A stretch of DNA of 64,000 bases, taken from assembly GCA_963734545.1 (NCBI GenBank), contig CAVTHO010000006.1:320001-384000 (forward strand), read 5' to 3'. The position numbers were made by a program, and so were the translations under genes. The DNA is from an uncultured Spirochaetota bacterium (lineage in GTDB: Bacteria; Spirochaetota; Spirochaetia; SZUA-6; Fen-1364). The notes below the pieces were generated by a model that was given only the letters and a program-made list of their open reading frames with translations, had not been told where the DNA came from and searched no databases. Shown here one piece after another: positions 54,603-62,327 of the stretch. The stretch's first letter is position 1, and the number at the start of each line of letters is the position of its first letter.

Positions 54603-55490
54603 TCAGTCCTTCAGCAGCCCCACTTCTTTCAGCGCGCGCCGCAGGGAATCCTCGAATGTCGGCACGGGGCCGAACAGCTCCGCCTGCACGGCGGTATCGG
54701 CGATGTAGGTGCCCTTCAGGAAGTACCTGAGCATCGCGCCGAAATCCCGCATCCGCGGATTGAAAAGCCCGATCACGCGGAGCATGCCGACCGGCATGGT
54801 CTGAACCTTGATCGGTCGGCCAAGGAGCCGGGCGCATTCTGCGGCAAGGTCGGCTGCTGAAACCGGCCTGTCCATGCCGAGATCGATGCGCCTGCCGAGG
54901 GCGCGGGGCTCGTCGACCGCCATGGCCAGGCACCGCGCCACGTCATCCGGATGAATCGACGTGGAACGCGTCGTGGGAGACCCCATCGCCTGCATGGTGC
55001 CTTTCTTCAGGTTTTTCGCCCACCACCAGGCGTTGAGGAACGCGCCCGGCCGCAACGACACGAACGGAACTCCGCTGGCCTCCAGGTAGTCTTCCGTCAG
55101 TTTCTTCTGCCAGAAGTGCGGTACGTCGCGGGCCAGCTCGCAGGTGAGGATGCTGGTCAGAACGAAACGTCCGAGCTTCGCGCGGCGCGCCGCGTCGATG
55201 AGGTTCCTGTTGCCAAGACCATCGACGCTCTCGAGAGTGTCGCCCGGCTTGCGCGCGCTGTAGCCTATTGCGGTCGTGACTAGGGATGCCGCACCGGCCA
55301 GCGCGCGGTCCAGGGACGGAGGGTCGAGCATGTTCCCTCGAACGATTTCCACTCCCGGGCCGGCCAGCGGACCGGGATCGGTACCGTCGCGGACAAGCGC
55401 CCGTACGGGCTTGCCGCGCGCAACAAGGGCGCGGACCACCCGCTGCCCGAGATAGCCTGTTGCCCCCACGACCAGTACCGGTGCATTCAT
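54603..55490 (-). CDS. NmrA/NAD(P)H-binding atypical SDR
   Basis: VLVVGATGYLG, GNRNLIDAA, LRPGAF. Confidence 0.85.
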   Translation of the reverse strand: MNAPVLVVGATGYLGQRVVRALVARGKPVRALVRDGTDPGPLAGPGVEIVRGNMLDPPSLDRALAGAASLVTTAIGYSARKPGDTLESVDGLGNRNLIDAARRAKLGRFVLTSILTCELARDVPHFWQKKLTEDYLEASGVPFVSLRPGAFLNAWWWAKNLKKGTMQAMGSPTTRSTSIHPDDVARCLAMAVDEPRALGRRIDLGMDRPVSAADLAAECARLLGRPIKVQTMPVGMLRVIGLFNPRMRDFGAMLRYFLKGTYIADTAVQAELFGPVPTFEDSLRRALKEVGLLKD

Positions 55491-55561
55491 GAGCATAAGG
55501 TACTGAGGCGCTGTTCGGCGGGCCACCTGGCCGGATGGGGAGGGAGAGAGTGCAGGGCAGT

Positions 55562-56869
55562 CTACCGGGCCGGAAACTCCAGCCTGTGCGTGCGCTCTAT
55601 GGCCTCGCGCGCGTCGTCCGCAACCCGCGCCTGCTCCGCGTACTCCGGCCACCTCTTCACCGCGGCGCGAACCTCTTCCACGATGGATTCGGCGCGTCCC
55701 CGTTTCATGGAGGTGCTCTTTGCGCAGGCGCGAAAATCCTCCCGCGTGAATCCGTCCCGCTTGCCGTTCATGGTCATCTGGTGGGTTGCGGTCCAGTCTC
55801 CGGCAGGATTGAAGCTGTAGGTCACATCGAAGGCGGGCGCGAGAGACCATCGCCCATCCTTGTCCATGAGGAACGCGATGTTCTTGGCGTGATCGTCCTG
55901 GTTGCGTGCCACGATGTTGAATGCCATGCGGCGGAACTGCTCCTCCACCGTCTCCATGGACAGGTTCAACCGGCGGATGATGAGCAGCGCCTGCTCGTAC
56001 CCGTATGCGCCCGGCTGGTTGAAGTCGAAGTGGGCAAGGGCGCACAACGACTGCATGTGGATCTTCTCTCCACCCTTCCGCCTGTCAAACCGACGGCTCA
56101 TGAAATGACGCCGGCCGTTTTCTTCGAGCAGCCTGCAGTCGCTCATCTGCACGCCTGCTGTCTTTGCCATGAGAGAATAGGCGTACTCGATGGCGCCGTA
56201 GCCCTTTGGATCCTCGAGCTCCTTGTCCTTGTTTCCCGAGACGCCATCGAACTTCAACAGCCAGTATTCGAATCCCGCTCCGGCCGCAATCTGGCCTGAG
56301 CGGACTTCATCTGTATCAGGGTTCCAGGCGATGACTGCCTTGGCCCGCGCGCCGCCCGCAGAGGTGCCGACACGGAGAATGTCCTGGAGGGCCTTCTTTC
56401 TCCTGTCGCTGGAGAAAGCGCCTTTGATGTTCCCGCGTTGATTGAGCACCTCCGAAGCCAGCTCCACCAGCGCGTCAATCTGGATCATGCGGGCGCGCTG
56501 CGGTCTGGGGCCGGTTGCAGGCAGGTACTCCAGCGCACCCATGCCTCTCGTTCCGGTATAGCAGAGCCTTTCCACCGCGTTGAAACTCTCAGGCGTTCTC
56601 CCCTGCGTGGCAAGCCATGCGTTGATCAGCGCATCTCCAAACCTGTCGGGCAGCGAATCCGCCAGGAGGCCGGGCAGACCGTGAAAGGTCCGCTGCGGCA
56701 GGTCCGGAAAAACATGGACCCGGTCTGAGAGTGGAAGGGTGATGGGCGACACCTGGATTCCACTTCGCGCAAATGCAGGATCGTACTGGAAGGCTGCGAT
56801 CCTTGCATCGTCCTCCAATGAAACCGCCCCGATGGTTCGTCCCCAGAGCCTCACCTTCGCGAGGGTCAC
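55562..56869 (-). CDS. hipA: HipA family Ser/Thr kinase toxin
   Basis: LADSLPDRFG, SAGGARAKA, WLLKFD, RRFDR, NQDDHAKN, LAPAFD. Confidence 0.92.
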   Translation of the reverse strand: MTLAKVRLWGRTIGAVSLEDDARIAAFQYDPAFARSGIQVSPITLPLSDRVHVFPDLPQRTFHGLPGLLADSLPDRFGDALINAWLATQGRTPESFNAVERLCYTGTRGMGALEYLPATGPRPQRARMIQIDALVELASEVLNQRGNIKGAFSSDRRKKALQDILRVGTSAGGARAKAVIAWNPDTDEVRSGQIAAGAGFEYWLLKFDGVSGNKDKELEDPKGYGAIEYAYSLMAKTAGVQMSDCRLLEENGRRHFMSRRFDRRKGGEKIHMQSLCALAHFDFNQPGAYGYEQALLIIRRLNLSMETVEEQFRRMAFNIVARNQDDHAKNIAFLMDKDGRWSLAPAFDVTYSFNPAGDWTATHQMTMNGKRDGFTREDFRACAKSTSMKRGRAESIVEEVRAAVKRWPEYAEQARVADDAREAIERTHRLEFPAR

Positions 56870-57294
56870 TGTTCGTCGCCCCCGTGCGCGTCACCCCCGT
56901 GCGCGTCAGCCCTGTCAGCGTCGGCCCCGTTGGCGTCAGCCCTGTCAGCATCGGCCCATTTCCACTTTTCAGGGGATGGATTGGCGATGCGGGGGGCCGA
57001 GGCGCGCTTGCGTGTTCGTCCTCTGAGCTTTAGCTGCGCCACCGGGCTTGGCAGCGGCTCCGGTATCAGCGCTTCGAACCTCTCCAGCAGATCGAGCACC
57101 CGGCACACGCGGATGAAACCCGAGAGTTGTGTGCCCACGCCACCGGATTCCAGCCTCTCAACCGTGCGCTTTGAGACACCGGCCTGCTCTGCCAGTTGGG
57201 CCTGAGTGAGATTCAGATCGAGACGGATCCTGGCCATTCGTGCTCCAAGCTCTCTCATGACTGCATTATCGGAAGCCAGCTTTGTTATTTTCAT
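56866..57294 (-). CDS. hipB: HipB-like XRE antitoxin with repeat-expanded tail
   Basis: NLTQAQLAEQAGVSKRTVERLESG; ends WKWADADRADANGADADRADAHGGDAHGGDEQ; overlaps the hipA start. Confidence 0.85.
   Translation of the reverse strand: MKITKLASDNAVMRELGARMARIRLDLNLTQAQLAEQAGVSKRTVERLESGGVGTQLSGFIRVCRVLDLLERFEALIPEPLPSPVAQLKLRGRTRKRASAPRIANPSPEKWKWADADRADANGADADRADAHGGDAHGGDEQ
56875..56958. repeat. Degenerate 15-bp tandem repeat in the hipB 3' end
   Basis: About 5-6 units such as gcgtcagccctgtca, gcgtcggccccgttg, gcgtcacccccgtgc. Confidence 0.8.
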
Positions 57295-57297
57295 AAT

Positions 57298-57353
57298 ACG
57301 TCAAATATGGCGAATTAAAATATAAATGTCAAGTTATTCGTCAAAAATGACGA
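57298..57353 (-). promoter_or_regulatory. hipBA promoter with two palindromic operators
   Basis: TTGACA(57332-27)-17 bp-CATATT; dyads CGTCA-aata-TGGCG and CGTCA-aaaa-TGACG. Confidence 0.65.
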
Positions 57354-57481
57354 TTAATACTAAATAATAATTGCGGTTGGGAAGCGTCGCGAGGGGATTT
57401 GCGTCCGAGGGCGTCCGAAAAGCAAACGAGCTTCCGTCCGATTCATTGACATATTTATGACCATCCAATATGCTTTTATGC

Positions 57482-57727
57482 ATGAGAACGACAATTGACA
57501 TCCAGGATGACTTACTGGTCGAGCTGAAACGGCTAGCAGCGGAAAGCAACCGAACTCTCAAGGATCTGGTGGAAGACGCCATCCGGGCCGCGCTCGCGCT
57601 GCGTCGATCGGAGGTGACCGGCGCAACACGCCAGGCTCTCATCACTTTCCGGGGAAAAGGCGTCCAGAGAGGAGTGAACCTGGACAGTACGAGCGAGCTT
57701 CTCGACCTCATGGAGGGCCGTGGATGA
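57482..57727 (+). CDS. vapB: VapB-like RHH antitoxin
   Basis: MRTTIDIQDDLL..LKRLAAE..TLKDLVEDAIR; promoter TTGACA-17 bp-TATGCT lies 7 nt upstream. Confidence 0.85.
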   Translation: MRTTIDIQDDLLVELKRLAAESNRTLKDLVEDAIRAALALRRSEVTGATRQALITFRGKGVQRGVNLDSTSELLDLMEGRG

Positions 57728-58155
57728 TTCTCTGCGACGTCAACGTTCTCATCTATGCCCATAGAGAAGAATGTGATCGACACGATGAGTACAAGGCGTG
57801 GATGGAAACGCTGATGCGGAGCGGGTCGGCATACGGCGTTTCGGATCTGGTGCTCAGCGGTTGTCTTCGTATCCTTACCCATCCACGCATTTTCGATCCG
57901 CCGAGCCCTGCGCGAACGGCCATGGCGTTCGTCCGCCAGCTTCGAGAGGACACGCACGCGGTGGTGATCTCCCCAGGACGCCGGCATTGGAGCATCTTCC
58001 AGGAGCTTTGCGAGACGTGCGATGCGCGGGGCAACCTTGTATCAGATGCATACCTCGCCGCGCTCGCCATTGAATCGGGAAGCGAATGGATCAGCACGGA
58101 CCGGGATTTTGCGCGCTTCCCCGGCCTTCGCTGGCATCATCCGCTGGAAAAGTGA
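57724..58155 (+). CDS. vapC: VapC PIN ribonuclease toxin
   Basis: ILCDVNVLIYA, GNLVSDAYLAALAIE, STDRDF. Confidence 0.92.
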   Translation: MILCDVNVLIYAHREECDRHDEYKAWMETLMRSGSAYGVSDLVLSGCLRILTHPRIFDPPSPARTAMAFVRQLREDTHAVVISPGRRHWSIFQELCETCDARGNLVSDAYLAALAIESGSEWISTDRDFARFPGLRWHHPLEK

Positions 58156-58179
58156 AAGAAACGTCCTCCGCGCCGCCGC

Positions 58180-58545
58180 TCACCCGTGAGTTTGCTCGAC
58201 GAACTGAACACTCATGCCGTCAGGGTCCCGGACGAAAAAAAACCGGATGCCCGGGTTGGGCTGGAATGGTCCGCTGTCAATCTGGATTCCCCTGGATCTG
58301 AAATCCTCGAGCGTGGCAGCCAGGTTGCTGACCAGGAATCCCAGCCCTACCGGTGCTCTCAGGTCAACAACGGGATTCTTGCTGTCGCAGATCAACTCTA
58401 CCAGCGTCTCTCCCTCGCCAAGAAAGGCAATCTTCAGACCGGGAGCATCCATCTGGCGCTTCAAGGGAAGCCCTGCAACCTCCTTGTAGAATTTCAGAGA
58501 TTTCTCGAAGTCTGAAACATTCAAAGTTGTCCAAAGGAATTTCAT
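58180..58545 (-). CDS. VOC/glyoxalase family protein
   Basis: TLNVSDFEKSLKFY...FFFVRDPDGMSVQF. Confidence 0.85.
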   Translation of the reverse strand: MKFLWTTLNVSDFEKSLKFYKEVAGLPLKRQMDAPGLKIAFLGEGETLVELICDSKNPVVDLRAPVGLGFLVSNLAATLEDFRSRGIQIDSGPFQPNPGIRFFFVRDPDGMSVQFVEQTHG

Positions 58546-59095
58546 TGAGAGTGCCTCCCTGATTCAAGGCTTGTGTCAGCCGCTTTCCGGATAGCCTCGG
58601 CAATCTCACCGGGTTTTCTGACCATGCAATAGCGCCAAGTCCCGAACCGGCCGTCAGCGTTCACTGCCTTTACCCAGCGGTCTGCCGCCTGCGCCTTGAT
58701 GTCGGCAAGCTCGTCGAATCCTTTGGTCTCCAGTACCAGGTATCGGTCGGGCTCGCCGGCGAGCCTGATGATGAAGTCCGGGACATATTCGTGGGGCTGG
58801 CCATTAGCACAGGGACTTCCGGTTCTTCTCCCTTGCTGGAATCCGGCTTGATGGCTTCCACCAGGCGTTCGATCACCCAGCAGTAGTACGGCGAAAGGAA
58901 GATGTCCAGTACGTCCGCGGGTGGCGTGGCAATCACCTTCTCCTTGAGATATCGCTGCACGACCGCGGCCACCTGGGGGAAAAGCACATGGGCGGGAGGA
59001 TGCGGGCCGCCCTGCGCCAGGCAGTCACGGGTCAGGTCACGGGCAAGCTCGAAAGCAAGCTCCTGCTGACGTCGTCCCTGCCGGTAGGCGTTATG
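58542..59095 (-). pseudogene. C-terminal remnant of a type III restriction (Res) endonuclease
   Basis: RQQELAFELAR..LFPQV..VIERL, then after a frame break YVPDFII..VLETKG..RWVKAVNADGRFGTW. Confidence 0.7.
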
Positions 59096-59127
59096 TTGCT
59101 TCAGGATCTACGGAAACCCGATTCCTG

Positions 59128-59156
59128 TTGACAATTGGGTGACAAGGTGGTACCTT
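59128..59156 (+). promoter_or_regulatory. Sigma70 promoter of the phd-PIN pair
   Basis: TTGACA-17 bp-(TGG)TACCTT. Confidence 0.6.
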
Positions 59157-59176
59157 CGTTCTTGAAGAGGTGACCC

Positions 59177-59464
59177 ATGAGGTTCATTACAGTGCGGGAT
59201 CTGCGCACGACTCCGGCGCAGGTGTGGAAACTGCTTCCCGAAGAACAGGAGATCGTCATTACTAACAATGGGAAGCCCATCGCCCTACTCACGCCACTGA
59301 CTGACGCTGATCTAGAGGACACGCTCGCATCCGTGCGACGAGCGCGCGCGATCAACGCGGTCAAGAAGATGCAAGCTGCTGCCGTAGCGGAAGGAATTTC
59401 TGGCATGACCATGGAGGACATTGATCAGGAGATCCAGGCCTATCGAAAAAACAGAAAGAAATGA
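59177..59464 (+). CDS. Phd/YefM family antitoxin
   Basis: MRFITVRDLR...IVITNNGKPIALLTP. Confidence 0.88.
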   Translation: MRFITVRDLRTTPAQVWKLLPEEQEIVITNNGKPIALLTPLTDADLEDTLASVRRARAINAVKKMQAAAVAEGISGMTMEDIDQEIQAYRKNRKK

Positions 59465-59859
59465 CAGTCGTACTGGATACAAATATGCTCGTCTCTGCCC
59501 TGATCAATCCCGCAGGAGTCCCGGCAACAATCCTAGGTCTGCTTCTGAACGGAAAGCTCACCGTACTCTACGACAACCGTATCCTGGAGGAATACAGGGA
59601 AGTGCTATCCAGGCAGAAGTTCCACTTCAAAAAGAACCTGATCCTTCAACTTCTTGACTACGTCAGGCACGAGGGCGAGTTTATTGCCGTCGAACCGCTG
59701 CGAGTCCCTTCTGTCAGAGAAGATGACAAGATGTTCTACGAAGTTGCAAAGAGCGGAAAGGCTCAATTCCTTGTCACCGGCAACAAGAAGCATTTTCCAA
59801 GTGAGGATATGGTGAGAACGCCCAAGGAGTTTGTTGACATGTATCTGTCCAGAGAGTAG
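59461..59859 (+). CDS. PIN-domain toxin (PIN_3-like)
   Basis: VVLDTNMLVSAL, ILEEYREVL, DDKMF, LVTGNKKHF. Confidence 0.88.
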   Translation: MTVVLDTNMLVSALINPAGVPATILGLLLNGKLTVLYDNRILEEYREVLSRQKFHFKKNLILQLLDYVRHEGEFIAVEPLRVPSVREDDKMFYEVAKSGKAQFLVTGNKKHFPSEDMVRTPKEFVDMYLSRE

Positions 59860-59864
59860 TGCCA

Positions 59865-60115
59865 GGGTTTTCTCTCGGCTCATCACTTCTTCATATTCCT
59901 TTAGGATCCGGCTGCTATAGAGGAGAGTGATCCGACCGTTTATCAAGAGATTGACTATTTGAGCCGGCGTACCTTCGACATTTATCATCCCTGAAATGAG
60001 CACGTTGATCTTCTTCAAAGCGGTGGCTGCGCGCGCGCGTCTCACCGCCGCTGCCGTGTCTTCTATATCGGAGTCACTCAGCGGGGTAAGAAGGGCGATG
60101 GGCTTGCCATTGTTG
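59865..60115 (-). pseudogene. Inverted, internally deleted paralog of the phd-PIN pair
   Basis: NNGKPIALLTPLSDSDIEDTAAAVRRARAATALKK joined directly to NVLISGMIN..GTPA..ILKEYEEVMSR. Confidence 0.8.
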
Positions 60116-60245
60116 GGGCCGGAGCTATCCGATCTCCGGGATTGAAAGGGACCGGCGGATTCGCCCAGAGCGAATGGGGACGACCCTCACGTTTGAGGAC
60201 ACAGCCGTGATAGCGGAGGTGTCTCAGGAGAGTTGTCCTTTTCAC
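60078..60245 (-). pseudogene. hicA: Truncated HicA toxin
   Basis: MKRTTLLRHLRYHGCVLKREGRPHSLWANP then loses similarity; GTGA overlap with hicB. Confidence 0.7.
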
Positions 60246-60472
60246 GAGAGACTGACTACGTCCTGCAGCGCCTCAGCAGACAGACCGCGTTGAGCGTCCT
60301 CCCTCCTTTCCTTGAGGATGAATGCAATCGCGTCTGCGAGATTCTTTTTGCATTCGTCGACTGTCGCACCCTGACCGTTAGCCCCGGGGATCTCAGGACA
60401 ATAGCCGATGTACCACTTGCCATCACGTTCGATGATTGCCGTGAACTCGTTGTGGAGTGTGTGCTTCGACAT
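60242..60472 (-). CDS. hicB: HicB family antitoxin
   Basis: FTAIIERDGKWYIGYCPEIPGANGQGATVDECKKNLADAI. Confidence 0.85.
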   Translation of the reverse strand: MSKHTLHNEFTAIIERDGKWYIGYCPEIPGANGQGATVDECKKNLADAIAFILKERREDAQRGLSAEALQDVVSLS

Positions 60473-60525
60473 GTATCTATCGTACCGCGAGCGGGTTCTG
60501 CGGACAAGTTCCGAGTGCCGTTAAC

Positions 60526-61701
60526 TCATTCGCCTGACGCTCGGGCGGCAGGCGCAAAGCCGCGGTGGAGCATCATGAACGCGCTGGGCGCTGCCAGGGA
60601 AAAGGCCGCGACGATTGCGAACATCCCGCGGATGCCTACCGCATCCGCAAGGATCCCGCCGATCCACGGACCGGTGAACATCCCGACCGCGTAGACAGCC
60701 TGGTGAATGCCCATGGCCGTGCTGCGGTGCGCGGCGTCCACCCTCTGTATCGAGAGCCCGAGAAGGATCGGGAAGAACATGCCGTTTGCCAGGCCCATGA
60801 CAACGGTGGAAACGAAAAGAAGAGGGACCGAATGGCTGAGCGCGGCAAGTATCGCTCCCCCCGCAAAGGCGGCGAAGCTTCCATGCAGGAGCAGGCGCCT
60901 GCCTCCCCGATTGGCGATGAAAGTGGCGAAGAGGTTCGCCGCGGTGTTTGCGGCGATGTTGAGGCTCATGAGCAGGCTGGTGGCCACCGCGCTTGCCCCC
61001 ATCTGCCGGGCCAGCAGGGGCATGAAACCGAAGGTCACGGCCCAGACGCCGAACTGGCAGAGCGCGTTCGTGAAGGAGGGAACCAGGACGTCCCGCCTCC
61101 GAAAGATCGCGAGGACTGATCGCGCGCTGACCGTGCCGCGGTGCGCGGCGTCCCTCCGGGGGATCTTCACACAGGCGATGATGACAGTTGCGGCGAGCGA
61201 AAGACCCGCGGCCGCGAAGAAGGTGAGGCCGTGACCGCCCAGTGTCTGAAGGAAGCCCGTAATGCTGGTTCCGATCATCATGCCGAGAGAACCGGCAAAT
61301 GAGAGCAGGGAAGTGGCGAAGATCGTCTGCTCGGGCGGGAAGTAGCCGGCAAATACGACCATCATGGGCACCCACGCCGCGGCTGCCGCACCAGTAAGCG
61401 CACGGCCAAAAGCCAGCATGCCGATGGACTTCCCGAGCGCCATCACCAGGGCGCCGATTCCCGCCAGGAGAACGCCGCCAACTATGTACGGCTTGTTGCG
61501 GCCTGTTGCGTCCGCCACGACGCCCAGCGGGAGCCGAAGCGCAGCCATCCACAGGCCATACATCGAGAGCACGACTCCGACCGCCGTGAGGCTGGAGGTA
61601 CGCGCCGCGAGATACTCGGGCAGGCTCGGCACGTACGAGTAGAGGGCGACGAAGAACAGGACGGCTGCCCCGAAGAGGGCGGGGATGCGAGAGCGGCTCA
61701 C
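60526..61701 (-). CDS. MFS transporter
   Basis: VADATGRNK motif, ~12 TM helices, GPWIGG. Confidence 0.85.
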   Translation of the reverse strand: MSRSRIPALFGAAVLFFVALYSYVPSLPEYLAARTSSLTAVGVVLSMYGLWMAALRLPLGVVADATGRNKPYIVGGVLLAGIGALVMALGKSIGMLAFGRALTGAAAAAWVPMMVVFAGYFPPEQTIFATSLLSFAGSLGMMIGTSITGFLQTLGGHGLTFFAAAGLSLAATVIIACVKIPRRDAAHRGTVSARSVLAIFRRRDVLVPSFTNALCQFGVWAVTFGFMPLLARQMGASAVATSLLMSLNIAANTAANLFATFIANRGGRRLLLHGSFAAFAGGAILAALSHSVPLLFVSTVVMGLANGMFFPILLGLSIQRVDAAHRSTAMGIHQAVYAVGMFTGPWIGGILADAVGIRGMFAIVAAFSLAAPSAFMMLHRGFAPAARASGE

Positions 61702-62324
61702 AACGGCAGCGAGATATTGAACCGCACGGCGAGCATGCGGACGACAAATGTCGCGGCCACACCCAGGGGAATGGAGATCGCAGACGGCATTCCGAGCCAG
61801 CTGAAGAGCATGTACAGGGTGCAGCCGGCAAGACTGCAGGTGGCGTAGAGCTGGGACTTGCTGAAAACGGTCGGGATCTTGTTGCCCACGATGTCGCGGA
61901 TGACCCCGCCAAAACAGCCTGTGATGACTCCCATGAGGATCGCGATGAAATAGAGGTTCGGATATACCTGCAGCGAGTAGATTGATCCCAGAACGCTGAA
62001 AAGGCCGAGACCGAGCGCGTCGAAGATCGTGACGACAAGAACGAGCGTCTTGCTCTTGCGATCCCTGATCTGCCTCAGAATGGCCACGGATATGATTGAC
62101 AGGACGAGGATTGCGACGCCGTAAGGCCAGTTCTGAATCCAGAAAAGCGGATGGCGCTGCAGAAAGAGATCACGAACAGTTCCTCCGCCGAACGCGGTGA
62201 TCATGGCAAGAGAGTAGACGCCGACGACATCCATCTTCAGGCGCCGGGCCTCGAATATGCCTGTCAGGCTGAATGCCAGCACGCCGAGGACCTCGATCAG
62301 CTTGAGAAAAGTATCGTAGGTCAT
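61698..62324 (-). CDS. TRIC/UPF0126 membrane protein
   Basis: Duplicated TAFGGGTVRD / TGCFGGVIRD motifs; DALGLGLF. Confidence 0.9.
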   Translation of the reverse strand: MTYDTFLKLIEVLGVLAFSLTGIFEARRLKMDVVGVYSLAMITAFGGGTVRDLFLQRHPLFWIQNWPYGVAILVLSIISVAILRQIRDRKSKTLVLVVTIFDALGLGLFSVLGSIYSLQVYPNLYFIAILMGVITGCFGGVIRDIVGNKIPTVFSKSQLYATCSLAGCTLYMLFSWLGMPSAISIPLGVAATFVVRMLAVRFNISLPL

Positions 62325-62327
62325 GAA

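Noticed and set aside
56875-56958. Possible CRISPR array
   Set aside because: 15-bp abutting units without spacers, in frame within hipB; no cas genes in the window.
59605-60245. In-frame HicA-Phd-PIN fusion protein
   Set aside because: The hicA start (60245) is out of frame with the Phd/PIN remnant and stops at 60078; the rest of the ORF is antisense to the PIN gene.
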